Positions 31,936 through 41,457 of a stretch of 64,000 bases of DNA are shown here, piece after piece. How positions within the stretch are numbered: the stretch's first letter is position 1; each line of letters opens with the position of its first letter. The position numbers were made by a program, and so were the translations under genes. Under the pieces are notes generated by a model. That model was not told the origin of the DNA. It saw only the letters and a list, made by a program, of their open reading frames with translations, and did no database searches. The stretch comes from Vicinamibacterales bacterium (GTDB lineage: Bacteria > Acidobacteriota > Vicinamibacteria > Vicinamibacterales > UBA8438), in NCBI GenBank assembly GCA_965116825.1, contig OZ220736.1, positions 5,714,592 to 5,778,591 on the forward strand, given 5' to 3'.

Positions 31936-33129
31936 ATGGCCGTACCCGCGCGCCCCCTCAACATCGTTCAGATTTGCGACCACCTCGGTTGGCCCGGCTC
32001 GCGGATGCACGGTGTCAAGCGCCTGTTCACGTGGATGATCCCGCGCTTCGACGCCGAGCGGTTCAACGTGAGCCTGATCAGCCTGCGCTCCACCGATACG
32101 TCGCAGGAGCGCCTGGAGGACTACGGTATCGACGTCACGTATCTCTCGCGGTCGAAGTTCGATCCGTGGACCCTCCCCGCGCTCCTGACCGAGCTCGACC
32201 GGCGCAAGGCCGATGTCCTTCACATGCACGGGTACGGCGCGACGACGTTCGGGCGTCTCGCCGCCGCACGCCGGGGCCTGCCGACCGTGCTGCACGAGCA
32301 TGCGAACCTGACGGACACTCCATGGTTCCAGAAGGTGGCGGACCGACTGCTCGCGCCGTACACCGACCTCGCGATCGCCGTGTCGCGCTCGACTGCCGCA
32401 TTCGTGAACGGGCCGCGGCAAATTCCACGCACGAGAACGAGAATCGTCTATCTCGGCGCCCCGCTGGAGGAGTTCACCGCATCGCACTCACCCGAGCGAA
32501 AGCGGGAGACCCGATTGTCACTGGGGCTGCCGGCTACCGGTCCGCTGGTCGGCACAGTCACCAGACTGATGCCGGCGAAGGGCAATCGGTTTCTCGTCGA
32601 GGCGGCCAGGCTCGTGCTGGACCAGACTCCCGACGTGCATTTCTGCATCGTGGGAGAGGGAAAGCTGCGGGGCGACCTCGAGCGGCAGGCGCGCCACCTC
32701 GGGATCGCGGAGCGCATCCGCTTCGCCGGGTTCACGAGCGACGTGGCAGGGGCGTTCGCTGCCTTCGATGTGGTCGTCTTTCCTTCGCTCTGGGAAGGCA
32801 CTCCCCTGACGGCTTTCGAGGCGCTTGCGGCCGGACGCCCAATCGTCGCGACCGACGCCGATGGTCTCGCGGACATTCTGCACGATGGCCACGACTCGGT
32901 CATCGTGCCGAAGCGCGATGCAGGCGCCATAGCCGGCGCCGTGCTGGCGCTACTCGGCGATCCGGGTCGCCGCGAAGGACTCTCCGCCGCAGCCCGTCAC
33001 ACCGGCGCCGGCTATGACATCACGTCCTTCGTGAGAAAGATGGAACGCCTCTATCTTATAATGCACGAGTCTCGCAACAAGCTGGCGCGCGGCCTTGCCG
33101 AGGCGGACCTGAGCTTCCTTTCCGTCTAG
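31936..33129 (+). CDS. GT4 glycosyltransferase
   Basis: VTRLMPAKG, VFPSLWEGTPLTAFEALAAGRPIV (E-x7-E). Confidence 0.92.
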   Translation: MAVPARPLNIVQICDHLGWPGSRMHGVKRLFTWMIPRFDAERFNVSLISLRSTDTSQERLEDYGIDVTYLSRSKFDPWTLPALLTELDRRKADVLHMHGYGATTFGRLAAARRGLPTVLHEHANLTDTPWFQKVADRLLAPYTDLAIAVSRSTAAFVNGPRQIPRTRTRIVYLGAPLEEFTASHSPERKRETRLSLGLPATGPLVGTVTRLMPAKGNRFLVEAARLVLDQTPDVHFCIVGEGKLRGDLERQARHLGIAERIRFAGFTSDVAGAFAAFDVVVFPSLWEGTPLTAFEALAAGRPIVATDADGLADILHDGHDSVIVPKRDAGAIAGAVLALLGDPGRREGLSAAARHTGAGYDITSFVRKMERLYLIMHESRNKLARGLAEADLSFLSV

Positions 33130-33236
33130 CTGGCAACGACAAGGCATATGCAGACCTTGTTCGAACTGGGCTTGCGGATGTTCGATGCGTTCGTCGAGCC
33201 CCGGTCGGACTGACGCCAGGGCCGGCCCGTTGCCAA

Positions 33237-34163
33237 ATGGTCTCTCACCGTGAGTCTTGTCGTGCCGCCACGGGGGAAGGGGTCGCGGCCGGGACGGCGG
33301 GACGCCGGGCGGTCGGGAGCGACATCGTCGGCGGGCCGTTTCTCGTCGACGGGCACGTCCACTACTATCCGAACTTCGTTCGCGATCGTTTCTTCGACAG
33401 CGCGCTCGCCAATTTCCGGCGCGCCGCGTGCGCTTCCGGCACCGGGCCCGAGTACGCCGGTTGGCTGCTGTTCGCCGAATCGGCGGGCATGCACTACTTT
33501 CGTACCTTTCGCGACGCGGTCGGGCAGGCTGCCGCTGGCGGATGGACGTTCCAAAGGACCGACGAAGCGGAAAGCCTGGTGGCCCGGTGCGACGTCGGCG
33601 CCGAGCTGGTGCTGATCGCCGGACGCCAGATCATCACCGCCGAAGGGCTGGAAGTCCTCGCGCTCTGCTGCGACGCGGAGATCGAAGACGGCCAGCCGCT
33701 CGCGACGGTCGTCGGCGCCGCGAACAGGTTGGACGCGATCGTCGTGCTTCCCTGGGCCTTCGGGAAGTGGTGGTTTCGACGGGGCGCTCTGGTCGACCGA
33801 TTCGTGAGGTCGGCCGAACCGTCCCGCATCTTCCTTGGCGACAATGGCGGACGCGCGCGTCTTGGACCGCGGCCGCACCCCTTTCGCGCGGCGGAGTCGC
33901 GCGGCATCGCCATCCTGCCCGGCAGCGACCCGTTTCCACTGAGCTACGACGTGAAGCGCATCGGAGAATACGGCTTCATCATCGATGGGACCGTGGAGAG
34001 GTCACGGCCGGCCGCCGGCCTCAAGCACTTGCTCAGGAAGAGCGCCGGACCGCCGTCAGTCTATGGCTGTACAATCGGAATCATCGGATTCTGCCTGAAC
34101 CAGTTGCTGATCCGCCTCAGCCCGCAGCGCACCCTTGTCCGACGTGCGGCTTCAGGGCGATGA
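33237..34163 (+). CDS. PHP-like metal-dependent hydrolase (hypothetical)
   Basis: VDGHVHYY at the N-terminus, AGRQI..LEVLAL, GSDPFP near the C-terminus. Start uncertain. Confidence 0.55.
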   Translation: MVSHRESCRAATGEGVAAGTAGRRAVGSDIVGGPFLVDGHVHYYPNFVRDRFFDSALANFRRAACASGTGPEYAGWLLFAESAGMHYFRTFRDAVGQAAAGGWTFQRTDEAESLVARCDVGAELVLIAGRQIITAEGLEVLALCCDAEIEDGQPLATVVGAANRLDAIVVLPWAFGKWWFRRGALVDRFVRSAEPSRIFLGDNGGRARLGPRPHPFRAAESRGIAILPGSDPFPLSYDVKRIGEYGFIIDGTVERSRPAAGLKHLLRKSAGPPSVYGCTIGIIGFCLNQLLIRLSPQRTLVRRAASGR

Positions 34164-34263
34164 TCGCGCCGAGGAAGCGTCTGTCGCGCGAGCCGGGAAC
34201 ATGGATGCTCGGAACGAACCGTAGGCCGCGAGCCCACGCGAAGCAGCTTGTAGTATAGACCCC

Positions 34264-35895
34264 GTGAGACGCGACCTGGCGGCGCTGGCGGCCGGCACGT
34301 TCGACCTGCTGGTCATCGGCGGAGGCATCTACGGCGCGACCGCCGCCTGGGACGCGACTCTGCGCGGTCTGTCGGTGGGCATCATCGACCGCGGCGACTT
34401 CGGCGGCGGCACTTCTTTCAACAGCGCCAAGACCGTGCACGGCGGAGTGCGCGCCCTGCAGTCCGGCAACGTGGCGGCGTTGCGCCGCTTCGTCCGGGAG
34501 CGGCGGACCCTGTCGCGCATACTGCCGCACCTCGTGCAACCGCTGCCGTTCGTGATTCCGACCCGCCGTGGGATTGCTCGCAACAGGACCCTGCTGCGCC
34601 TCTACTTCGCGATCAACGACCTGCTGGCCCATGACCGCAACGACGAACTCGACGGCGCATTGCGCCTGCCGCCCAGTCGCCTGCTGTCGCGTGAAGAATG
34701 CCTGGAGTTGAATCCGCTCATCGATCCACACGGGGTAACGGGCGGCATCGAATGGCACGACTGCCAGATGTACAACTGTGATCGGGTTCACTTCTCGTTC
34801 ATCGCGTCCGCCGTCGAGGGCGGCGCCGTTGCGGCAAACTACGTGGAGGCCACGACGGCACTCATGCGCGGCTCCGCCGTCGAGGGCGTGCGTGCGTCCG
34901 ACCGGCTGAACGGCGAGTCCCTGGACATCCGAGCGCGCGTCGTGCTCAATGCCGCCGGGCCCTGGGCGCCCGAACTCGGCGGCCGGCTGGTTGCCGGCGC
35001 CGGGGGACGCCTGCGCGACCGCCTCTCGAAGGCCATGAACTTCGTCATCGCGTCGCCCCTGCCCGGCCCGCACGCAGTAGGCGGAGAGTACGACGGCCGG
35101 TTTCTCTTCGTGGCCCCTTGGCGCGAGTTCGCGATCCTCGGAACAAGCTATGACCGCCACGACGGAAACGCGGACGGACTGGCTCTCGTCCATCACGAGA
35201 TCGATCGGTTCGTTACCGCGGCGAACCGGGCCTTCCCGGGGCTTGCGCTCCATGCCGGAAACGTACGGCTGATCCATCGCGGTCTGATTCCCGTGACACG
35301 CGGCGGCAACGGCGTCAAGCGTGAATCGAACAGCAACATCGTGGACCATCGCCGCGACGGGATCCACGGACTAATCAGCGTGCTCGGCGTGCGTTACACG
35401 ACAGCCAGGAACGCCGCAGAACGCGCCGTGGACCTGACGGTCGACCAGTTGCAGCGCGCTGCGCTCCCTTGCCGGACGGCTGTCACGCCACTCGTCGGCG
35501 GCGATGTACCCGACGTCGACGCCTTTCTGCGCGCTGCCGCGGGCCCGTCGGACGGTACGATTCCCGTCGCGACCCGGCGGCGACTTGCCCGCACCTACGG
35601 CACCCGGCACCGAGCCGTTCTGGAACGATTGCGCCAATCGGAAGACGACCGCGCCGCGCTCGGCGCGACCTGCTCGGTCACCGCCGGCGAGGTCCGGTAC
35701 GCCGTGCGGGAGGAAATGGCAGTCAGACTCTCCGACGCCTTGCTGCGGCGCACGGAGGCGGGCTCGGCGGGATCCCCGGGGGAGGACGCACTGGCATCGG
35801 CCGCCCGGGTCATGGCCGGTGAGCTCGGCTGGACCCGGGAACGGATCGCTTCCGAGATCACCGCCGTGCGCCGCGCCTATCCGACTCCGGACTGA
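34264..35895 (+). CDS. GlpD-family FAD-dependent oxidoreductase
   Basis: DLLVIGGGIYG, DFGGGTSFNSAKTVHGG, NAAGPW, GVRYTTAR, EEMAVRLSDALLRRT. Confidence 0.88.
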   Translation: MRRDLAALAAGTFDLLVIGGGIYGATAAWDATLRGLSVGIIDRGDFGGGTSFNSAKTVHGGVRALQSGNVAALRRFVRERRTLSRILPHLVQPLPFVIPTRRGIARNRTLLRLYFAINDLLAHDRNDELDGALRLPPSRLLSREECLELNPLIDPHGVTGGIEWHDCQMYNCDRVHFSFIASAVEGGAVAANYVEATTALMRGSAVEGVRASDRLNGESLDIRARVVLNAAGPWAPELGGRLVAGAGGRLRDRLSKAMNFVIASPLPGPHAVGGEYDGRFLFVAPWREFAILGTSYDRHDGNADGLALVHHEIDRFVTAANRAFPGLALHAGNVRLIHRGLIPVTRGGNGVKRESNSNIVDHRRDGIHGLISVLGVRYTTARNAAERAVDLTVDQLQRAALPCRTAVTPLVGGDVPDVDAFLRAAAGPSDGTIPVATRRRLARTYGTRHRAVLERLRQSEDDRAALGATCSVTAGEVRYAVREEMAVRLSDALLRRTEAGSAGSPGEDALASAARVMAGELGWTRERIASEITAVRRAYPTPD

Positions 35896-37174
35896 TTCGC
35901 ACGGACGACGAGTCGACAGTGGTGGCGAGCGCCCCGGCGCCGACCGGACGCAGGTAGCGCCGAAGCCCCCACGCGAGCACGATCAGGCTCAACGTCTCGC
36001 CGGCCACTGTGGCCGCCGCCGCACCGTGCATCCCGAAGCGGGGGATCAGCACGAGATTCAGACCAATGTTCAGCGTGCATCCCACAACAGCGGTTCGCAG
36101 AAGCCAACCGGCGGCGCCCACCGAGAGGGCGACGGCGTGCAGGGCGCAGAGTGGGAAGACGGCGACCAGGCCAACGGCCAAGAGTTGCAGCACGCCGCTG
36201 GCAGCCCCGAATGTCGCTCCGAACAACAGGGTGACAATCGGTGCGGCTAACGCGACCCCCAGCGTGGCGGCCGGGAGCGCCAGCGCCCCCCCGACCACCA
36301 GGCCGCCTCGCGCCAAGCGGCCGTGAGCGACCCGGCTGGTCGCGTAATGGTGCGACAGCCTCGGAATCAGCACGGTCTGGAGCACCTGCCCGACGCTGGC
36401 CAGTCCCTCGTAGATCCGGTACGCCGCGTTGTAGAGGCCGGTCTCCGTGTCATCCCGGAGCACGCCCAGCATGACCGTGTCGGCGTAGCTGTAGAGGTAC
36501 AGCACGACGACGAAGGCCCCGAACGGCAGCGCCCGGTGTTGGAGCGCCAGCCAGCGCGACCGGTCGAACGCCGGGTGAAAGGTCCCGATCTGCCCGGCAG
36601 CCAGCACACAGGCGACGAGCAAGGAGATGACGCGTGCGCCGACGAACGCGATCGCCAACCCGAACAGTCCGAAGCCGCCGGCAAGAGCACCCACGCCCAG
36701 GACCAGCAGCAAGAGCCGATCCACGCCCACGACGATGCCGTCGAGGCCGAATCGTTCGATGCCCTGAAGGGTGTACCGCAGGGTGAGCAGGTAGGAGCGA
36801 AGAATCGACGCAGCCCCGAGCAGATAGCAGGCCAACCTCACGTCCGGCTCCGGACGCGACAGGTTCGCGGCTACCACCAGCCCGATCGACGCAACGGCCG
36901 CCAGCACCAGCTTCAAGCCGAACGTTTGGGCTACGAGCTCTCTCGCCGCCGACCTGTTGCGGGCCACCTCGCGTGTCGTGATCTCCTTGAGACCGAAGTC
37001 GATCACGGTCTCGAAGATCATCGCCAGAGCAAGCGCGAAAGTGAACTTCCCATACTCCGCGTCGCCGAGGAGGCGCCCGGCGATGACCAGCAGCACCGCC
37101 AGGAGCAGCGTGCTGAATCCGGCGACACTCGCGCGGGCAGCGTTTCCGACGAGCCCCGGCCGTCGCTCCGTCAT
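35858..37174 (-). CDS. Wzx/MATE-like polysaccharide flippase
   Basis: RLLGDAEYGKF, DFGL, DTVMLG..TGLYNAAYR, LNLVLIPRFGMHGAAAAT; about 12 TM helices. Confidence 0.9.
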   Translation of the reverse strand: MTERRPGLVGNAARASVAGFSTLLLAVLLVIAGRLLGDAEYGKFTFALALAMIFETVIDFGLKEITTREVARNRSAARELVAQTFGLKLVLAAVASIGLVVAANLSRPEPDVRLACYLLGAASILRSYLLTLRYTLQGIERFGLDGIVVGVDRLLLLVLGVGALAGGFGLFGLAIAFVGARVISLLVACVLAAGQIGTFHPAFDRSRWLALQHRALPFGAFVVVLYLYSYADTVMLGVLRDDTETGLYNAAYRIYEGLASVGQVLQTVLIPRLSHHYATSRVAHGRLARGGLVVGGALALPAATLGVALAAPIVTLLFGATFGAASGVLQLLAVGLVAVFPLCALHAVALSVGAAGWLLRTAVVGCTLNIGLNLVLIPRFGMHGAAAATVAGETLSLIVLAWGLRRYLRPVGAGALATTVDSSSVRISPESDRRGARR

Positions 37175-37379
37175 CGACCGTCGCCTCCCCGCGGCGGCGC
37201 ATGTACCGGAATCGGAACACGCCGCGAATTTCCCACGCCAACAGCCCCCACGCCCCTTGGATGAAGCATCCAGTGTAAGAGAATCGGGAGGGCCGAGGCG
37301 GCGAGGAGCCTGGCCGCGGTATTGTGCGCAGAGCCCGACCAGGAACCTGCGACGGGACCCGGCCGGCATCGGGCGGCGG

Positions 37380-38612
37380 TCAACGAGCCTCACCGAAACG
37401 CGGGTCTCCGACCTCACGAAGCACGTCTGCAATGCGCGCAGCCGAGGAATCGGCGTCGAAATGCCGCTCGGCGGTGACCCGCCCCGCCCGCCCGAGCGCG
37501 GCGCGCAGGGACGGGTCATCGATGACCTCCCGCAACAGGGCGGCGAGCTCCGCCGGGCGGCCCGGCTCGCACAGGAGCGCGTTCTCCCGATGAGTCAGAT
37601 ACTCGACCAGGCCGCCGACGCGCGACACAACCACCGGCAATCCGCTGGCCATCGCCTCGGCGCGCACCAGACCGAACTCCTCGCCGCGAGAGGGAGCGAC
37701 GAACACGTCCGCCGCCCGCATTGCGCGCGACGGCTGGTCGGTGCCGCCCTCGAACCGCACGCGGTCGGCCAGGCCGTGGCGGGCGGCGTACGCACGCGCC
37801 TCCGGCCCCGCATCCAGTCCGTGCCCGGTCATGTCGGGCCCCACCAGCACCAGGAACGCCCGTTCCGCATCGACACTGCGCCACGCATCGAGCACGTCCA
37901 GAACCCCCTTCTCCTTGGCAAGTCGGCCCAGGAACAGGCAGACGATCCGGTCGCCGGGCCAACCGAGCTCGACCCTGAGCCGCCGCGATTCATCCGGTTG
38001 TGCCGGACGGAACTCGTCGAGGGATACGCCGTGCGGCTGATAGACGATCCGGCGCCCCGGAATATCGAGGGTCCGCGCTTCGTGCACGGTCTCCCGCGAC
38101 GCGCAGACATATGCGTCCGCGCTCCCGTACAGGCGCTGGCCGATCCGCTTGAACGCGCGGCCGAGCATCCCGGAGGGCCCTATCCCGACCTGCTTCAACG
38201 GACCGTCCCACGTCGCGCACGACAGCGTGCCTTGCACCGCGGGTTGGACGACCAGCCGCTTGCCGAGCAGATACCGCGCGGCCATGGCGGCGATGCCGAC
38301 GATCCTGATGTCGGGGCAGTAGATGACGTCGTAGCTCGCGCGCTGGCGAAGCAGCATCGCAACAACGAACGGGAGCGCCAACCACTTGGCAGCCTGGCGG
38401 CGGGCCCCTCCGGGATGCACCCTGTGGACGGGAACGTCGTCCAGGGTCTCGTTCGATGCGTCGGCCGCGGGCATGCCCACCCGCGTCGCCACCACCAGTG
38501 TCCGGTACCCCCGGTCGTGCAGCCACCGAGCCATGGCGTGCGCATGCTTCTCCACGCCGCCGCGCACCGGCAGAAAATAGAGCGTCAGCACGAGCACGCG
38601 CGGGCGTCTCAC
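37380..38612 (-). CDS. GT4 glycosyltransferase
   Basis: PVRGGVE, LGRLAKEKG, PSRGEEFGLVRAEAMASGLPVV. Confidence 0.92.
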   Translation of the reverse strand: MRRPRVLVLTLYFLPVRGGVEKHAHAMARWLHDRGYRTLVVATRVGMPAADASNETLDDVPVHRVHPGGARRQAAKWLALPFVVAMLLRQRASYDVIYCPDIRIVGIAAMAARYLLGKRLVVQPAVQGTLSCATWDGPLKQVGIGPSGMLGRAFKRIGQRLYGSADAYVCASRETVHEARTLDIPGRRIVYQPHGVSLDEFRPAQPDESRRLRVELGWPGDRIVCLFLGRLAKEKGVLDVLDAWRSVDAERAFLVLVGPDMTGHGLDAGPEARAYAARHGLADRVRFEGGTDQPSRAMRAADVFVAPSRGEEFGLVRAEAMASGLPVVVSRVGGLVEYLTHRENALLCEPGRPAELAALLREVIDDPSLRAALGRAGRVTAERHFDADSSAARIADVLREVGDPRFGEAR

Positions 38613-38742
38613 GTGCTCCCCCCCGCCCAGCCTGCTTCCAGGTGTCTATCGCCCTGCGGCGGAACGGATGGACACCGGGAGGCTGGCTCCGCTCGACATG
38701 ACGACATCCTGCTATCATACGCGGCCAAGAGAGCGAACTCAG

Positions 38743-39951
38743 GTGTCTGTCTCCGCGAGAATACTCATGCTTGCCCCGGAGCCGTTCTTCGAGCCGCGGG
38801 GGACGCCGTTCAGCGAGTACCACAGGATCAAGGCGCTCGGCGAACTCGGCTACGCGGTCGACTTGGTGACGTACCCGTTCGGTCGCGACGTCAGGCTCCC
38901 GAATCTGCGCATCGTACGTTGCCTCAGGCCGCCGTTCGTTCGCGGCGTGCGCATCGGCCCCTCGGTCGTCAAGATTCTGCTCGACGTCCTGCTGGCCCTT
39001 ACCGCACTCAGGCTCGCCGTCAGGCATCGGTATCACGCTGTACATTCTCACGAAGAGGCTGGCGTTCTCGGTCTCTGGCTGGCCAAAAGGCTGGGGATAC
39101 CCCACTTGTACGACATGCACTCAAGCCTGCCGCAACAGTTGGTCAATTTCGGGTACAGCCGCTCGGCTCTGATCCGCCAGGTATTCGAACGCATCGAGAC
39201 GGCCCTGATCGACAAGTCTCGCGTCATCATCACGATCTGCCCGGATCTGCAGAACGCTGCCGTTGCGCGCGGCGCCGGCGCGCGGGCGTTCCTCATCGAG
39301 AACGTGATGGGCGGCGACGTGGAGGCCGCGCCACTGGTCCCGGCACACGAGATGCGTACGCGGTATGGGCTGGACGACCGGCACCCGGTGGTGCTGTATA
39401 CCGGGACCTTCGAAGCGTACCAAGGTCTCGACCTGCTGATGCAGGCGGCAACGATACTCTCCCAGACACATCCCGACGCGCGTGTACTCGTGGTTGGCGG
39501 AACAGAGGCGCAGGTAGACTTGGCACGCGAGCGAGCGCGGCAGGCGGGTAGTCCACTGGTATTCGCCGGCCAGCGACCGCCGCAGGAGATCCCGAGCTTC
39601 GTGGCGGCCTGCGACATCCTGGTGTCGCCCCGGGTCCGCGGCACGAACACGCCCTTGAAGATCTACTCGTACCTGCGCTCCGGGCGGCCGATCGTGGCGA
39701 CCGAACTCCAGACGCACACGCAGGTGCTCAGCGCGAAGACCGCTCTTCTGGTTCCACCCAATGCCTCCGGGCTTGCCTCCGGAATGGCGCGGCTGATCGA
39801 CTTCCCCGAGGAACGCGCTCGCCTGACGGAATCCGCGCTGGCGCTTGCCACTTCCCGCTACAGCCGGGAATCGTACCTGTCGCGCACGGCGGCCGCGTAC
39901 GAGTGCCTGCTGGGTAGACGCACGGCCGCCGGCGCGGATGCTCCCCGTTAG
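38743..39951 (+). CDS. GT4 glycosyltransferase
   Basis: ILMLAPEPFFEPRGTP, YTGTFEAYQGLDLL, SPRVRGTNTPLKIYSYLRSGRPIV; TATCAT -10-like box at 38713-38718. Confidence 0.9.
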   Translation: MSVSARILMLAPEPFFEPRGTPFSEYHRIKALGELGYAVDLVTYPFGRDVRLPNLRIVRCLRPPFVRGVRIGPSVVKILLDVLLALTALRLAVRHRYHAVHSHEEAGVLGLWLAKRLGIPHLYDMHSSLPQQLVNFGYSRSALIRQVFERIETALIDKSRVIITICPDLQNAAVARGAGARAFLIENVMGGDVEAAPLVPAHEMRTRYGLDDRHPVVLYTGTFEAYQGLDLLMQAATILSQTHPDARVLVVGGTEAQVDLARERARQAGSPLVFAGQRPPQEIPSFVAACDILVSPRVRGTNTPLKIYSYLRSGRPIVATELQTHTQVLSAKTALLVPPNASGLASGMARLIDFPEERARLTESALALATSRYSRESYLSRTAAAYECLLGRRTAAGADAPR

Positions 39952-40131
39952 GGTGCGACTCGAGGTCCTGGTCAGCAGCCTGACGGATTCGCGGGCGGGC
40001 GCTTGGCCACCCGCTGTCGCGATGCGGAACCCACGCTCTCCGCCTACTGCGCCCCGCCAGTCAAACACGAGCGGCTGCGCTCGCCGAACGCCGCCTTTAC
40101 ACGCCACGGTCGCGACGGTACCATCCGACCG

Positions 40132-41268
40132 ATGGCGCAGGCCTATGCGGCGAGGTACCTTGCTCGAGCGGTGGCCGGCTGGCCCCGGGACCTGCTCGAC
40201 TCCTGCCTGGCAAAGCTCACTCCGATTCCGCCGACCGTCCTGATCTTCAACTGCACCTTCGTCTGCGACGCCGAGTGCGAGATGTGCGGCAACTGGAAGC
40301 GGGGGCACCTGAAGCCGGACATGGATCTCGGAGAGATCGAACGTGCCTTCAGCTCGCCGCTCTGGCGGCGTCTGGAGAACGTCCACATCTCGGGCGGAGA
40401 ACCGACGACTCGTGACGACCTGCCCGAGCTCTGTCGAATCATTCTGGACAGGCTGCCCAACCTGCGCAAGCTCGGGCTGAGTACGACCGGGCTGACGCCC
40501 GAGCGGGCAGTGCCGATGCTAACCGACATCGTGGCGCTCTGTCATGCACGGAAAGTCAGTTGCAGCGTCCGGGTCGCCATCGACGGCATCGGTCCGCTGC
40601 ACGACGCGGTGCGGCGCGCGCCGCAGGGATTCGAAAGGGCACGCAGGACGATCCGCGCCATGCAGGCGTTGCGACAGCGATACCGCTTCAATATCGGCGT
40701 CTCGACCACCCTCTTCTCCAGGAATCTCGACGCCGCCGAGACAATTCTCAGTTGGGCGCGCCGCGAGAAGCTCGACATCGTGTTCAACATGGTCCGGTTC
40801 ACCGACCCGATGCTCGGAAACCGCGACTTGAGCAACGCCTACAGACCGATCGGCAACGAAGAGCGACGAATGCGGGAGTTCTTCCTCGACCGGGTCCGGC
40901 TCGATCCGCTGCTGGATGGCCAGAGCTACATCTATATGCACTACGCCGACATGATCGCCAACGGCTACCACCGGTCGGCGCCCTGCCCCTTCCAGACACA
41001 GGGACTCATGCTCAACCCCGACGGCGACCTCTTTTTCTGTGAGAACGGCAACCCGGTGGGCAACGTCCGGAAGGAGGACCCCGGCGAGCTCTACTTTCGC
41101 CGATCGAGTCAAGCGCACCGGGAGCGAATAAAACGCGAACAGTGCTCGGCCTGCCTCAGCCCCTGCCAGATAAACGTCTCGGCGATCAAGCAGGTCTTCC
41201 CCTACGCGAAGTTCCTGTTCCGTGCGTCATGGGAAAAGCGGAAGACCCGGGCGAGCGAAGCCACGTGA
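40132..41268 (+). CDS. Radical SAM protein with C-terminal SPASM/twitch-like Cys cluster
   Basis: CDAECEMC (CxxxCxxC), SGGEP, IDGIG..HD; C-terminal CPF..GDLFFC..CSACLSPC. Confidence 0.9.
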   Translation: MAQAYAARYLARAVAGWPRDLLDSCLAKLTPIPPTVLIFNCTFVCDAECEMCGNWKRGHLKPDMDLGEIERAFSSPLWRRLENVHISGGEPTTRDDLPELCRIILDRLPNLRKLGLSTTGLTPERAVPMLTDIVALCHARKVSCSVRVAIDGIGPLHDAVRRAPQGFERARRTIRAMQALRQRYRFNIGVSTTLFSRNLDAAETILSWARREKLDIVFNMVRFTDPMLGNRDLSNAYRPIGNEERRMREFFLDRVRLDPLLDGQSYIYMHYADMIANGYHRSAPCPFQTQGLMLNPDGDLFFCENGNPVGNVRKEDPGELYFRRSSQAHRERIKREQCSACLSPCQINVSAIKQVFPYAKFLFRASWEKRKTRASEAT

Positions 41269-41340
41269 TCAGGAACTGCAGGGACGCAGGCCACTATACC
41301 CTGGGGCACCCTCCGACGGCGAGACGTCTCGTCACAGCGG

Positions 41341-41449
41341 CATCCTGTTATCATAACGGGCAATAGTGAACCCAGGCGCCCGTATACGCCGGGATGCTCA
41401 GGCTCGCCCGGAGCCGTTCTTCGAGCCACGGGGGAGGCCGTTCAGCGAG
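41341..41449 (+). pseudogene. Degenerate copy of the promoter and 5' end of the GT4 gene at 38743
   Basis: catcctgttatcata...cccggagccgttcttcgagccacgggggaggccgttcagcgag aligns with 38705-38817. Confidence 0.8.
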
Positions 41450-41457
41450 GGTCTGGC

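Noticed and set aside
35858..35895. 38-bp 3' overlap of the convergent GlpD-like and flippase genes
   Set aside because: Short tail overlaps are common in high-GC genomes; no evidence of function.
37175..37379. Intergenic stretch with hydrophobic coding-like fragments
   Set aside because: Possibly a gene relic, but no family recognisable.
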